Below are positions 46,694 through 58,168 of a stretch of 64,000 nucleotides of DNA, piece after piece (position 1 is the stretch's first letter; each line of letters opens with the position of its first letter). The stretch spans positions 13,420-77,419 of the forward strand of contig CAZJAH010000005.1 of NCBI GenBank assembly GCA_964544155.1, written 5' to 3'. The translations under genes were made by a program, and so were the position numbers. This DNA is from an uncultured Hyphomicrobiales bacterium. GTDB lineage: Bacteria; Bacteroidota; Ignavibacteria; Kapaibacteriales; UBA2268. The notes beneath the pieces were generated by a model. The model saw only the letters and a list, made by a program, of their open reading frames with translations. It was not told where the DNA came from and ran no database searches.

Positions 46694-46722
46694 AGCGCCG
46701 GAGTAATTTCCGGCGTTTTTTT
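46694..46722 (+). terminator. Intrinsic terminator
   Basis: GCGCCGGA...TCCGGCGT followed by a T run. Confidence 0.75.
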
Positions 46723-46963
46723 ACTTACCATTAATATCGGGTTGCTGACGATAATACCGGGATATTACCGATAAATCAACCTGCTGACTATTATTAAATT
46801 AACTTTGCAGAATTTTTTTAATAATCAGTTAATTTCTTATAAGGGATTATCAGATAATTTTATTATTTTGAGCGTCAGGTAAGGCTGATTTGGATGATTT
46901 TCCGGCTTGATTTCGGCTTTGCCGCTAAGGCATCTTTATTATTCAAAAACAATTCAGGGTACT

Positions 46964-47662
46964 ATGGGACTAACAAACTTCCTGAAATCATCATTACTGA
47001 GCAAGTTTGTCATGGCTGTGACGGGCATCATTCTTGTAGCTTACATTATAGGCCACACACTGGGTAATCTCCAGTTCTATCTGGGGCCGGATGTTATTAA
47101 CGCATATGCCAGTTTCTTGCGCGGTACAGGAGAACTGCTTTGGGTTGTACGCTTTGTACTTTTCGCGGCTGTAATTTTGCATATCATAACCTCTATAAGG
47201 TTATCTATGCTAAACCAATCGTCAGGCGGCAAGTATAATGTCAGGCAATATGTAAAAACAAGAATTTACTCACGCACAATGCTTGTGACGGGTATTACCA
47301 TCGCCGCTTTTGTAGTATATCATATACTGCATTTCACAACCGGTGATATTGATCCCAGCAATCACGGGCTTGTTGATCATTACGGGCCTAATAACTTATT
47401 CGAAAGGCATGATCTTTACTACAATATGGTTATGAGCTTCCGCCAGCCGCTAATATCGGCAATCTACATAATCGGAGTGCTGGGAGTAGGTTTCCATCTT
47501 ATGCATGGCTCAAAAAGTTTTTTCCAGACCCTGGGCATTACCGGGCCGAAATTCACTCCGGCCATGGACAAAATCAGCCTGGCGTTCGGTGCGATCATTG
47601 CCTTATTATTAATTTCAATTCCGGTTTCTGTGTTATTAGGACTGGTAGGAGGTGAATTATGA
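46964..47662 (+). CDS. sdhC: Succinate dehydrogenase/fumarate reductase cytochrome b subunit
   Basis: [37 protein letters not shown]; ATG at 46964. Confidence 0.92.
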   Translation: MGLTNFLKSSLLSKFVMAVTGIILVAYIIGHTLGNLQFYLGPDVINAYASFLRGTGELLWVVRFVLFAAVILHIITSIRLSMLNQSSGGKYNVRQYVKTRIYSRTMLVTGITIAAFVVYHILHFTTGDIDPSNHGLVDHYGPNNLFERHDLYYNMVMSFRQPLISAIYIIGVLGVGFHLMHGSKSFFQTLGITGPKFTPAMDKISLAFGAIIALLLISIPVSVLLGLVGGEL

Positions 47663-49571
47663 CTTTAGATTCAAAAGTTCCGGGCGGGCCTATTCAGGAT
47701 AAATGGGATAAACACAGGTTTGACCTCAAGCTTGTCAATCCCGCAAATAAAAGAAAATATAAAATACTGGTTGTAGGCACAGGACTCGCGGGTGCCTCAG
47801 CAGCGGCAACTCTTTCGGAATTAGGCTATGTAGTCGAGGCTTTTACTTTCCACGACAGCGCGCGCAGAGCGCATAGCATTGCCGCCCAGGGCGGTATCAA
47901 CGCCGCGAAGAATTATCAGAACGACGGCGACAGCATTTGGAGGCTATTTTACGATACCGTTAAAGGCGGAGACTTTCGTTCCCGTGAAGCCAACGTTTAC
48001 AGGCTGGCTCAGGTAAGCAATGCTATAATCGACCAGTGCGTGGCTCAGGGCGTTCCCTTTGCAAGGGAATACGGCGGCACACTGGCTAACAGGTCATTCG
48101 GAGGCGCTCAGGTTTCCCGCACATTTTACGCCAGAGGTCAAACCGGGCAGCAGCTTCTGCTCGGAGCTTATTCAGCTCTGATGAAACAGGTTGCTTCGGG
48201 TGGAGTTAAGCTGCATACACGCAAGGAAATGTTCGACATTGTGCTTATAAACGGCAAGTGCCGCGGCATTATTACCCGGGACCTGCTTACCGGTAAGATA
48301 GAATCTCACTGGGGCGATGACGTCATACTCGCCACAGGCGGATACGGCAACGTGTTTTTCCTTTCCACTAACGCCCAGGCATGTAACGTTACTGCCACTT
48401 ACAGAGCATACAAAAAAGGCGCTTTCTTTGCAAATCCATGCTTCACGCAGATACATCCTACATGTATACCACAGCACGGCGAATACCAGTCCAAGCTGAC
48501 ACTTATGTCGGAATCTCTCAGGAATGACGGCAGGATCTGGGTTCCAAAGAAAAAAGGCGAAACACGCCCGCCAAATGATATTCCCGAAGAAGAACGCGAT
48601 TACTACCTTGAAAGGAAATACCCGAGCTTCGGCAACCTTTCACCGAGAGATATTTCATCCCGTTCAGCAAAAGAAGTATGCGACGAAGGACGCGGTGTAG
48701 GCTCGACGGGTTATGGCGTTTACCTGGACTTCAGGGATGCCATTCAAAGGCTTGGAAAGAATACTATCGAAGAAAGATACGGCAACCTTTTTGAAATGTA
48801 TGAAAGAATAACAGGCGATAATCCTTATGAAACTCCAATGATGATCTACCCTGCTTCCCACTATACCATGGGAGGATTATGGGTGGATTATAATCTTATG
48901 AGCACTATCCCCGGGCTGCACGTGCTCGGCGAAGCTAACTTCTCCGACCATGGCGCGAACAGGCTCGGCGCCAGCGCGCTTATGCAGGGATTAGCCGACG
49001 GATATTTCGTTATTCCCTATACTATCGGGCATTATCTTACTACTTCCAAATTGGAAAAAATTGATATTTCTCATCCCGAATTCAAAAAAGCCGAAGAGGA
49101 AGCTCATAATAAAGTAAATAAACTGCTGTCGATAAACGGCAAACGCACGGCTACGGAATTCCACAGAGACCTCGGCAAGGTCATGTGGAATAATGTTGGT
49201 ATGGCCAGAAACGAAAAAGGCCTGAAAGAAGCTCTTGAAAAAATTCCACAAATCCGTGAGGAATTTTGGCAAAACCTGAACGTTACGGGTACAAACGAAC
49301 AGCTAAATATTGCCCTGGAAAAAGCATGCAGGGTAGCAGATTTTCTCGAATTCGCAGAAATTATGGCTTGGGATGCCCTTGAAAGGGACGAATCCTGCGG
49401 CGCCCACTTCCGCGAAGAACATCAGACAAAAGACGGCGAGGCCAAACGAAACGACGAGGAATTTACTTACGTATCGGCCTGGGAACACAAAGGCGTCGGC
49501 GAAAAACCCGTTATGCATAAAGAAGAGCTCGAATTTGAAAATGTGCAATTAGCCGTAAGGAGCTATAAATA

Positions 49572-49572
<1 letters not shown>
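47659..49572 (+). CDS. sdhA: Succinate dehydrogenase/fumarate reductase flavoprotein
   Basis: [22 protein letters not shown] (covalent FAD His), [28 protein letters not shown]. Confidence 0.96.
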
Positions 49573-50330
<758 letters not shown>

Positions 50331-50353
50331 AACCCTTCTTACAGATAAATTAT

Positions 50354-50385
50354 AGCCCGTGGTATTTGCCGCGGGCTTTTTTTTT
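50354..50385 (+). terminator. Intrinsic terminator after sdhB
   Basis: AGCCCGTGG-TATTTG-CCGCGGGCT followed by a T run. Confidence 0.85.
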
Positions 50386-50522
50386 ATTAAAAATAATTCA
50401 AAGATTATTAGCAGTCTTTACTATTTATTAGCAGTTTTTATAATATAATTCTGCAATTTTTTTTGAATATAAAACAATCCCTCATTATATTTGGATTAAT
50501 TATTAATTAAAAAGAACCTTAA

Positions 50523-50960
50523 ATGAAAAAATACCTATTTCTCATATTACCGGCCGCTGTGCTTATAATTTTAACATTATCAGCTCAGGATAACGAAGGA
50601 GATAAAATCATCGGAAAGTGGTTTTCACATAATAATGATTTTGTTACGGATATTTATAAGAAAGACGGGAAATATCACGGAAAGATCATTTGGCTAAGAG
50701 AACCGCTAAAAGACGGCCGGCCCCGGATAGATGAGAACAACCGCGAATTCGGCAAAAAAACCCGGAAACTGTTGAACCTGGAAATAATCAGCGATCTCAA
50801 GTATAATGGCAATGGTGATTATAATGCCGGAATTTTTTATAATATTGAGAGAGGAGCAAAAGCAAAAATGACTGCCGAACTGAAAAATGATAAGCTCCTA
50901 ATACATGCCACCACCGGCTTTTTCCGCAGAAATTTTGAATGGAAACGGAAAAAAAACTAA
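50523..50960 (+). CDS. DUF2147-family exported protein
   Basis: Signal peptide, IIGKW, YHGKIIWL, DENN, LLNLEII. Confidence 0.8.
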   Translation: MKKYLFLILPAAVLIILTLSAQDNEGDKIIGKWFSHNNDFVTDIYKKDGKYHGKIIWLREPLKDGRPRIDENNREFGKKTRKLLNLEIISDLKYNGNGDYNAGIFYNIERGAKAKMTAELKNDKLLIHATTGFFRRNFEWKRKKN

Positions 50961-50962
50961 AC

Positions 50963-51421
50963 TTAAACGAACTTCATTATGATCTTCAGATTAAGGGTAT
51001 CCTGCTCTAACTTAAACTTACAATCATCGAAATCAGGTACGCTCAGAAAAATCTTCGGATTCATCGAAAGCCCGAAACCTTCATCGGGATAACCAATCCA
51101 GGTTTTATCCATTTTCTCATTCTCATTTTCATCATGATGAACTGTAAGCGCGTAAGTGCCGTAAGGTATATCAGGAAAAGCAATCCTCGATCTTTGATTC
51201 TTAATTTTTTCGCTGGTATAAACAAGAGCGTGCTTTGATTTGGTCGGAAAATACTCCATCAGGCTGTCATTAAAAAGGTGCGCCCATACTACGCCCTCAT
51301 TATTTGGGAATTTCTCGATATTGAGTATAATCACTCCTTTTTTTTGTTTTTCACCCGGAAAAATTCCGGCAGGTATTAAAAAAATTAGAACCAGAGCCAG
51401 GATATTATTAATTTTCATCAA
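50963..51421 (-). CDS. DUF2141-family exported protein
   Basis: IPYGTYALTVHHDENENEKMD...PDEGFGLSMNP...PDFDD. Confidence 0.85.
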   Translation of the reverse strand: MMKINNILALVLIFLIPAGIFPGEKQKKGVIILNIEKFPNNEGVVWAHLFNDSLMEYFPTKSKHALVYTSEKIKNQRSRIAFPDIPYGTYALTVHHDENENEKMDKTWIGYPDEGFGLSMNPKIFLSVPDFDDCKFKLEQDTLNLKIIMKFV

Positions 51422-51606
51422 TATTCTATTTGATTATTAGTTAATGCCATATTTGTAAATATATAGAATTATTTTTAAAGAACTAATAAGTTCAGGTTAA
51501 ATTTATGTTAAAATGAGAACAGTCTGCTATAAGCTAATTGTGTGAGATACGCGCTTATGGATCTGACTCTACTTAATTTTACAATATTAATAAAAAATCA
51601 AATCAT

Positions 51607-51668
51607 TTTCCCCTCCACCCAAAGGAGCGGCGGCACGCAGAAAGCGTGACGGGGTGGTGCGGCAGGGG
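51607..51668. repeat. GC-rich structured intergenic element, REP-like
   Basis: TTCCCCCTCC...GGAGCGG, hairpin CACGC-AGAAA-GCGTG, then ACGGGGTGGT; single copy in the window. Confidence 0.4.
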
Positions 51669-51775
51669 ATCATTACCTTTATACAGGCTGGCGCGGGTGA
51701 ATTTATAGCAAAGAAACTTTACTGCTTTAGCCATTTCCTTTAAAGATTTTTATTAATCGCACGATAATTAAGCCC

Positions 51776-52135
51776 ATGGGAATATATGATGAATTCGATA
51801 AGCGGAGGGAAAAAGGTAACCGGAGGATATCCGGTGAATCCTACCTGCCTTTTAACAGGTTTATGGCACTCGATACAAAGTGCTATGAAGGCGGCGCCGT
51901 ACCCGGAAAGTTCAAGGAGCTGGCAGGGCTTTCGGCTTCGGCTGTGCTTCGATGCAATGACTGCATACTCTATCACATACGCACGGCTAAGGATGCAGGC
52001 GCGTCGCGTCAGGAAATCATCGAAACGCTGAATATCGCCCTTGTTGTCGGAGGATCTATAGTAATTCCCCATCTAAGGTTTGCTTTGGAAGCTGTTAATG
52101 AATTATATGGTGAAGTAAATGACCAGGATGCATGA
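51776..52135 (+). CDS. Carboxymuconolactone decarboxylase / AhpD-like protein
   Basis: KFKELAGL, LRCNDCILYH, GASRQEIIE, VVGGSIVIPH. Confidence 0.88.
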   Translation: MGIYDEFDKRREKGNRRISGESYLPFNRFMALDTKCYEGGAVPGKFKELAGLSASAVLRCNDCILYHIRTAKDAGASRQEIIETLNIALVVGGSIVIPHLRFALEAVNELYGEVNDQDA

Positions 52136-52946
52136 ACCGCCCTTTATCACTGAACTCAGGGAAGAGATTGAGATAAATAAAAAAGAGCTGCTGCAAGTGC
52201 TTCAGCAGTGGCATTATAAAAATACCATCGATAAGCAGAGGATAAGCTTCCTCTATGATAATAAATTCGGCAGACTCGAAGATGAGCTTAAATCCAGGCA
52301 GCTCAAAGCCAGCTCTTTAGAGAAAAAGCTTGATATGATAAGGATGAAAAAGAAAAGCGGAGAATCCTTAACGGCGAGCAGTTCAAAGTTTATAGAATCT
52401 TTGCTTAAAAGAAATTCCGTCAGGCAGCCTTTGCGGGTGCAGGCCCCGGCTCCAAGCAGCGCTCGCCCCGGAAACGCCCAAATCAGTGATACGCGCAGTG
52501 AAGAATCAAAATACCATATTTCAAAAGCACCGGCGCTTTACAGGCGTATAGTTAAAACCGTACACCCGGATGTAAGTGCCGAAAGCAGCCTTTACTCGCA
52601 ATACTGGGATAATATACAGGATGCCTGGAAAGAAAAAGATATTCGCAGACTGAAACTTTTCCATGATCTACTCTGCCCGTGTGAAAGCCAAACCGGCAGG
52701 GAAAGCATGGAATTAGCCGGTGAACTCAAGCAGGAACTCAATTCTATCCGGGAAAATATTGCCCTTGAAAAAAACCGTATTAAAGAATTAAGCTATGCCG
52801 AACCTTTTAATTTAGAACAAAAGCTGGATGATAATTTTTGGGTTACAAGAAGAAAGCAAAGCCTTAAACAGAAGATCAGCTCCGCCGATCGGAAGATAAA
52901 ACACCTCGAAGCCATGCTTGCCGTGCATGAGAAGAAAACATCATAA
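52119..52946 (+). CDS. Coiled-coil protein with an internal J-domain-like segment
   Basis: LYRRIVKTVHPD...WDNIQDAW (HPD motif) flanked by coiled coils. Confidence 0.65.
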   Translation: MTRMHEPPFITELREEIEINKKELLQVLQQWHYKNTIDKQRISFLYDNKFGRLEDELKSRQLKASSLEKKLDMIRMKKKSGESLTASSSKFIESLLKRNSVRQPLRVQAPAPSSARPGNAQISDTRSEESKYHISKAPALYRRIVKTVHPDVSAESSLYSQYWDNIQDAWKEKDIRRLKLFHDLLCPCESQTGRESMELAGELKQELNSIRENIALEKNRIKELSYAEPFNLEQKLDDNFWVTRRKQSLKQKISSADRKIKHLEAMLAVHEKKTS

Positions 52947-53194
52947 TTGTCACCTGCATTGTTAAATGATTTTCATGTACGCAAAGCGGTAAAATGTTTC
53001 GTCATAATAACGTCAGTAAAACAAAATGAAATGTTGCTAATATTAGCCAATTTGTTTATCTTTGATTATGTGATTAAATTCACTATTTAAGGTAAATTAA
53101 TTGAATTTCTTATATTAAAATAGCCTTATTGATAAATTTTGTTTAAATGTATTGGCGAATTAATTTACCGGATTGCTCATAATATTATATTGGC

Positions 53195-55357
53195 ATGAGA
53201 TCAAAATTATTAAAAATATTCATATTCGGCACCCTGATGATATTCGGGGCGGCCTGCCATCAGTGGGATAACTTCACCACTTACTTCAATACTTATTACA
53301 ACGCTGACCGGCTGATGGATGAATCTGAGGATGAATTTGATTACCAGGACGAAAAAATACGCGTTACCCCAACGGTTTACGTTCCGGAGCCCGAAATCAA
53401 AAAGGATGATATAGAAACAGGCCCACCCCCCTTTGCAAGAGAATTCATTATTTCGCAGCAACAGCTTCAGCCTGTCAAGGTAAAGCTGGATTCGGTATTG
53501 ATAAAAGGCTCTAAAATACTGGCCAATCACCCTAAAAGCGATTTTGTGGAGGGAACATTATACTTGATGGCCAAGACCTATTTTTATAAGGGAGAATGGC
53601 TTCCTTCCCAGATAAAATGCAGCGAACTGGTTGATAAATATCCTGACGGCGAGTACTCTCCTGACGCCCATTTGCTATTATCCAAAAACCTGCTGATACA
53701 AAGGAAGTTTTACGCGGGTGAGATTATGCTTTCAAGGACGGTTGATGTAGCCTGGCAGCTTGGGAGGTATGATATCCTTTCAGAAGCTTTCAGGCTTGAA
53801 GCCGAGCTGGCACTGTACCAGGATGACCTCGATAAAGCGCTGAGGCCTTATAAGCAGGCAGTAGCGCAGGGTGACGACGGCGAAATGCGCGCCCGCTGGC
53901 AAGTCGATCTGGCCGCCTTACTTTTCAGAATGCACGAATTTGAAAGAGCCGAAAGAGAATTTTCCAAAGTGCACGACTACAGCCCCGATTACCTGGCATA
54001 TTTCGAAGCTAAGCTATACCGTGCTGCTTCACTTATTAGGCTTGAAAGATTTGGCGAAGCGGAAAAAATACTCGAACAGCTGGAAAACGACGGCAAATTT
54101 GAAGAATGGACTCCCCATATTTTTTCCCAGAGGCTGCAGCTTCTCAGATTTCAGGAAAAAGAAAACGACCTTATTGAAGCCGAAAGATTCGCCGATTCAG
54201 CCTATGTTAATAATCCGGCTATAATGACTTATTATTATGAAAGGGGCATGGACTTCTACGAGCAGGATAATATGCTCAATGCCAGAAATTACTTCTCAAA
54301 ATCCAGGACATTGAGGACGCCCGTATTCGATGCCTCTCAAAAAATGTATAACCTCCTGACTATATACGATCAGCGCCGGAAACAGATAACAACTTCTTTC
54401 ACAAAATTCAAAGCCGGAGAAGAACTTTCTGACAGCGCCAGGGTAAATATGGCCATGAAACTGTTTGAGATAGGAAGGGTACAGGAGCAATTAGGCAAAA
54501 CTGATTCAGCAGAATATTACTATGAAATGTCAGCTAAAGCCGCCCCGCCTGAACATTCGGATTCGCCGAGGTTTTACTATTCTTATGCCCGCTCCATAAG
54601 GGATAAAGACCCCTATAAAGCAGATTCCCTGCTTGAGCTGATAGTTAATTATCATCCCATGACTGAATACGGCAAAGAATCAAGAATAGAACTCGGATTT
54701 ACGGAAGCCTTTGTAATCGATACAGTAGGAGAGCTTTACCGCTCAGGCAAAAGCTTACTCGAACACGGCGAATATGATTACGCCGAGGAGCAGCTAAGGA
54801 AAATCTACAGCAAATATCCCGAAGATGATCTGGCTCCGAGGTCGCTTTACGCTTTAGGCTGGCTTTACGAAAATGAAGTACATAATGTTGACAGCGCTCT
54901 GTATTTCTATAAAATATTAATAAGAAAATATCCGCGATCAGAATACGCAAAGGATGTAAAACCCGGCGTCGAATACCTGCTCGCTGTTCGAAACGGCGAA
55001 GAGCCGCCTGAAGACAGCCCCTCGCCAAAGAATATAAATGACAAAAGTGAACAAGAAATAAGAGACGAGGTTAATCAAAGAGAAATGCTGAAAATGCAAC
55101 AGCATATACAGCAGGCGCCTCCGGGGAATCTGGATATTAACCGCTCGAAAGACATACAGATCCAGGACGCGGTTAAAAATCCCGGCAGCCTGCTCGAAGG
55201 AGCTAAGGACGCCATTAAAAATCCAAAAAATCTACTCGAAGAAATGAAACTGCCTTCACCTTCAAGTATTTTCGGTGGAGAAAAAGACGAAAACAAAAAC
55301 AAAGAAATTAAAGAAAATAATAAATCCAACGCCCCTGATACCAGTGGCGCTAAATAA
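53195..55357 (+). CDS. TPR lipoprotein, SprE/PorW-like (T9SS-associated)
   Basis: GAAC lipobox, NFTTYFNTYYNA, SKILANHPKS, multiple TPR/YP-x-S repeats, low-complexity tail. Confidence 0.7.
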   Translation: MRSKLLKIFIFGTLMIFGAACHQWDNFTTYFNTYYNADRLMDESEDEFDYQDEKIRVTPTVYVPEPEIKKDDIETGPPPFAREFIISQQQLQPVKVKLDSVLIKGSKILANHPKSDFVEGTLYLMAKTYFYKGEWLPSQIKCSELVDKYPDGEYSPDAHLLLSKNLLIQRKFYAGEIMLSRTVDVAWQLGRYDILSEAFRLEAELALYQDDLDKALRPYKQAVAQGDDGEMRARWQVDLAALLFRMHEFERAEREFSKVHDYSPDYLAYFEAKLYRAASLIRLERFGEAEKILEQLENDGKFEEWTPHIFSQRLQLLRFQEKENDLIEAERFADSAYVNNPAIMTYYYERGMDFYEQDNMLNARNYFSKSRTLRTPVFDASQKMYNLLTIYDQRRKQITTSFTKFKAGEELSDSARVNMAMKLFEIGRVQEQLGKTDSAEYYYEMSAKAAPPEHSDSPRFYYSYARSIRDKDPYKADSLLELIVNYHPMTEYGKESRIELGFTEAFVIDTVGELYRSGKSLLEHGEYDYAEEQLRKIYSKYPEDDLAPRSLYALGWLYENEVHNVDSALYFYKILIRKYPRSEYAKDVKPGVEYLLAVRNGEEPPEDSPSPKNINDKSEQEIRDEVNQREMLKMQQHIQQAPPGNLDINRSKDIQIQDAVKNPGSLLEGAKDAIKNPKNLLEEMKLPSPSSIFGGEKDENKNKEIKENNKSNAPDTSGAK

Positions 55358-55381
55358 TAATTTTTTGAATGAAAACCTTAT

Positions 55382-56524
55382 TTGCTTATGGAAATTTCTA
55401 CTTCCTCGAAAAATAAAAACCAGGAAAATATAGAAAAAATCGTATTTAACGGTCTGCATGATCGAATAACTTTGCTTGAAAAACAGCTGGCCTGGTATAA
55501 ATCTTTTTTTGATAATGCCACCGATGCGGTATTTATGGTCCAGCCGGAATCATGGAGTATTCTGGATGCCAATGATTACGCTGCCGTACTGCTGAATACC
55601 GAAAAGAACGAGTTGATAGGCTCAATTCTTCCCCAGTTCAGAAGAATTTTTAAATTACTGAAAAAAAGCAGTTCGCCGAGTGTTCTTAGCGAGCTTACAT
55701 TAGATAAGCCCGACGGCAGTTCTATCATGGTCGAGGTATCAGCCAGGTTTATGAAATACCACGACCAAAAGCTTATACAGGCGATCGCCAGAGACGTCAG
55801 CGAGCAGCACGCGCTCACTGATAAGCTGGTACAGGCCGATAAGCTCGTGCTGCTCGGACAGCTTTCGGCAGGTGTAGCCCATGAGATAAGAAATCCTCTG
55901 GCAGCTGTCAATCTGAATCTTCAGATGCTTAAAAGGAATATGAATGAGGATTCGCCAAATCAAAGCTATCTGCGAACGGCCCTGCAGGGAGTTGACCGAA
56001 TATCAAGAATAGTAGAGGTAACACTCAATTTCTCGAGGCCAACCGTAGCTGATATTAAAGAAATAAATCTGAATTTGCTTCTTCCCGCAGCTCTTGAACT
56101 TGTATCATCGATGCTTAAACGGAAAGAAATCAGGATAGAGCTCGATTTTGATGATAAACTTCCTGCCGTTCCCGCTGATTATAAACAGATGCAGCAGGTA
56201 TTCATCAATCTGATCACTAACGCTGCCGACGCCATCAAAACCGGGGGCAGCATCAAAATAAAGTCTTATCTTGAACATACAGGCGGGCCAAAAGGCGGTA
56301 ATTTTGCCGTAGTGGCCATTCAGGACTCAGGCTGCGGCATTCAGCCCGAAGACCTCCCTAAGATATTCAACCCGTTTTTTACAAGAAAAGCGGAAGGTAC
56401 CGGACTCGGACTGCCGATAACACAAAGAATATTATATAATCATAATGGTATAATTGATGTTGAAAGCGCCACCGGTAAAGGAACGACTTTTTACGTCAAG
56501 CTGCCTTTGCCCGATAATAATTAA
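55382..56524 (+). CDS. Cytoplasmic PAS sensor histidine kinase
   Basis: PAS/PAC, LGQLSAGVAHEIRNPL, QQVFINLITNA, DSGCG, FNPFFT, GTGLGL; no TM segment. Confidence 0.93.
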   Translation: MLMEISTSSKNKNQENIEKIVFNGLHDRITLLEKQLAWYKSFFDNATDAVFMVQPESWSILDANDYAAVLLNTEKNELIGSILPQFRRIFKLLKKSSSPSVLSELTLDKPDGSSIMVEVSARFMKYHDQKLIQAIARDVSEQHALTDKLVQADKLVLLGQLSAGVAHEIRNPLAAVNLNLQMLKRNMNEDSPNQSYLRTALQGVDRISRIVEVTLNFSRPTVADIKEINLNLLLPAALELVSSMLKRKEIRIELDFDDKLPAVPADYKQMQQVFINLITNAADAIKTGGSIKIKSYLEHTGGPKGGNFAVVAIQDSGCGIQPEDLPKIFNPFFTRKAEGTGLGLPITQRILYNHNGIIDVESATGKGTTFYVKLPLPDNN

Positions 56525-56548
56525 TTTTTAAATTTTAATGGAAAAATC

Positions 56549-57970
56549 GTGGGAAAATTAAATTACAGCATAGTTGTTATCGAGGATGACCCTCTTGTTA
56601 ATTCGACGGTAAGGGATATTCTAAGTTCAAAGTATAATAAGGTCACAACCTTTACCGATGCTGAACAGGCACAGGATGAACTCCACATGATAGGGCCCGA
56701 CCTGGTGCTGCTTGATATTTTCCTCGGCCATGCCAACGGCCTTGATATATTAGAACAGCTCAGAAAGCAGGGCTATACGATGCCCGTAATAATGATGACC
56801 GCTTTTTCCGATATTAAAATGGCAGTCAGGGCCATGAAGCTCGGCGCTGAAGACTTTATTGTGAAGCCGCTCGACTTAGAACAGCTGGAAGTTTCGGTAG
56901 AAAGATCACTTAAGAACTATGACCTTAAACGCCAGGTGGATATACTTTCCGAACAGATTAAAGAAACCCGTCCCAGCCAGATTCTCGGCAATTCCAGCGG
57001 AATGGCCAAAGCGCTTGACATGGCCAAAATAGTAGCTTCCGCTGAAGACACAACAGCTCTTATTTTGGGTGAATCAGGCACCGGCAAAGAACTTATCGCA
57101 AGATTTATACATGACAATTCGCCCAGGAAAAACGGGCCATTCATAACTATTAACTGCGGCGCGATCCCCAAAGAGCTTGCCGAAAACGAACTTTTCGGCT
57201 ACGAGCGCGGAGCTTTTACCGGCGCTACCGAAAAAATCAAACAGGGCAAATTCGAACAGGCCCAGCACGGAACAATTCTACTTGATGAGATAGCCGAGCT
57301 CAGCCTTGAATTACAGGTAAAACTGCTGAGAGTACTACAGGAAAAAAAGTTTTACAGACTGGGCGGCTCTAAAGAGATTTCTGTTGATGTGCGGGTAATT
57401 GCCTCTACTAACAGAGAGCTTGAAAAGCTTGTCGAAGAAGAAAAATTCAGAGAAGACTTATTTTACAGGCTTAATGTGGCTCGTATTAAATTGCCGCCGC
57501 TAAGAGACAGAGGCGATGATATAATCCAGCTTGCAACTTCGTTTATCAATGAATTCAATAATAAGTTCGGAAAAAATATCAGCGGTTTTACAAAAGAAGC
57601 CACAGATATTATGAAGAACTATTACTGGAAGGGCAATGTCAGAGAACTGCGTAATGTAATCGAAAGAATTGTACTGCTTGAAAACGGAGACCTTATCACC
57701 AAAGAATCCCTCGATTTTCTTAAAAACGGTATCAGATCGACAACGGCGGCAAACGCTGATATTCACCTTTCGGAAGGACAGCATTACCTTAAGATAGCTC
57801 CTAACGGAGTTACTATGAATGATGTGCTTAAAGACCTGATAATACAGACTTTGAAGATCACCGGTGGTAATCAGATCAAAGCAGCTAAATTACTGAGTAT
57901 ATCAAGAGCAAAGCTCAGATACAGGATTGAGCAGCTCGGTATTAACATTTCCGGTAAAAATATTACATAA
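56549..57970 (+). CDS. Sigma54-dependent response regulator (NtrC family)
   Basis: REC (EDD, LLD, KP), GESGTGKE, GAFTGA, LLDEI, FREDLFYRL, GNVREL, Fis-type HTH. Confidence 0.95.
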   Translation: MGKLNYSIVVIEDDPLVNSTVRDILSSKYNKVTTFTDAEQAQDELHMIGPDLVLLDIFLGHANGLDILEQLRKQGYTMPVIMMTAFSDIKMAVRAMKLGAEDFIVKPLDLEQLEVSVERSLKNYDLKRQVDILSEQIKETRPSQILGNSSGMAKALDMAKIVASAEDTTALILGESGTGKELIARFIHDNSPRKNGPFITINCGAIPKELAENELFGYERGAFTGATEKIKQGKFEQAQHGTILLDEIAELSLELQVKLLRVLQEKKFYRLGGSKEISVDVRVIASTNRELEKLVEEEKFREDLFYRLNVARIKLPPLRDRGDDIIQLATSFINEFNNKFGKNISGFTKEATDIMKNYYWKGNVRELRNVIERIVLLENGDLITKESLDFLKNGIRSTTAANADIHLSEGQHYLKIAPNGVTMNDVLKDLIIQTLKITGGNQIKAAKLLSISRAKLRYRIEQLGINISGKNIT

Positions 57971-58086
57971 AAATTAATTTTTAGTCAAATATTGCTCGGC
58001 AATAATATTCTCATTGTTTAATAGTAACAGTTAATTATATTTATACTCAAACTATATTAGAAGAGTATTTCTAAAAAAATATTAAT

Positions 58087-58115
58087 TAATTATCGGACAG
58101 AAAGTTCCGATAATT
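58087..58115 (+). promoter_or_regulatory. Sigma28-like promoter embedded in a 10-bp inverted repeat upstream of the chemotaxis operon
   Basis: TAAT-N15-TCCGATAA versus consensus TAAA-N15-GCCGATAA; AATTATCGGA-N8-TCCGATAATT perfect inverted repeat. Confidence 0.5.
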
Positions 58116-58168
58116 TAATTAATTAAGAAAGAAAGAATTTTAATAATTGCTTTTATAAAATTTAAAAG

